From assembly GCF_963921235.1 (NCBI RefSeq), contig NC_086097.1, forward strand, positions 122,390,001 through 122,454,000: a stretch of 64,000 bases of DNA, given 5' to 3'. Of the stretch, positions 63,926 to 64,000 are shown one piece after another. Position numbers and translations under genes: made by a program. Position 1 is the first letter of the stretch; every line of letters starts with the position of its first letter. The notes beneath the pieces were generated by a model. The model was given only the letters and a program-made list of their open reading frames with translations. It ran no database searches and was not told where the DNA came from. This stretch comes from Mobula hypostoma. Its lineage: Eukaryota.

Positions 63926-64000
63926 ATGCTGCCCAAATTTGACTTCCCAAATACACCAAATAGAAATGACAAAACAGGTACCTTTGGAGATATGCATGTG

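Noticed and set aside
1..64000. CRISPR array, rRNA or prokaryotic operon
   Set aside because: No regularly spaced repeat-spacer units, no rRNA-like sequence, and a eukaryotic repeat landscape.

Overview
Eukaryotic, repeat-dense vertebrate DNA. The mix of CR1 LINEs with SGNH-esterase ORF1, V/CORE-type SINEs, Rex1/Babar, RTE and Penelope-derived elements points to a cartilaginous fish, probably a ray (inference only). No host gene could be supported. The best-preserved elements are a CR1 with an uninterrupted 1010-aa ORF2 (6918-9950), a full-length but frameshifted L1 with a 16-bp target-site duplication (27967-33820, minus), a 5'-truncated RTE/BovB-like LINE (38146-40935, minus), an internally deleted Tigger, a Penelope GIY-YIG relic split by a CR1, and palindromic Penelope-derived inserts carrying minimal hammerhead-ribozyme cores. 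The main unexplained signal lies in the non-repeat islands between transposons. Many read on the plus strand as decayed, intronless, protein-like frames. Two share a duplicated 24-codon CxxC block with conservative substitutions, and one (about 59.5-60.9 kb) shows degenerate F-A-B-C motifs resembling a viral RNA-dependent RNA polymerase. I propose an old non-retroviral RNA-virus endogenous element shredded by later insertions. This rests on by-eye translation and remembered motifs and needs a homology search. Most element boundaries are approximate.
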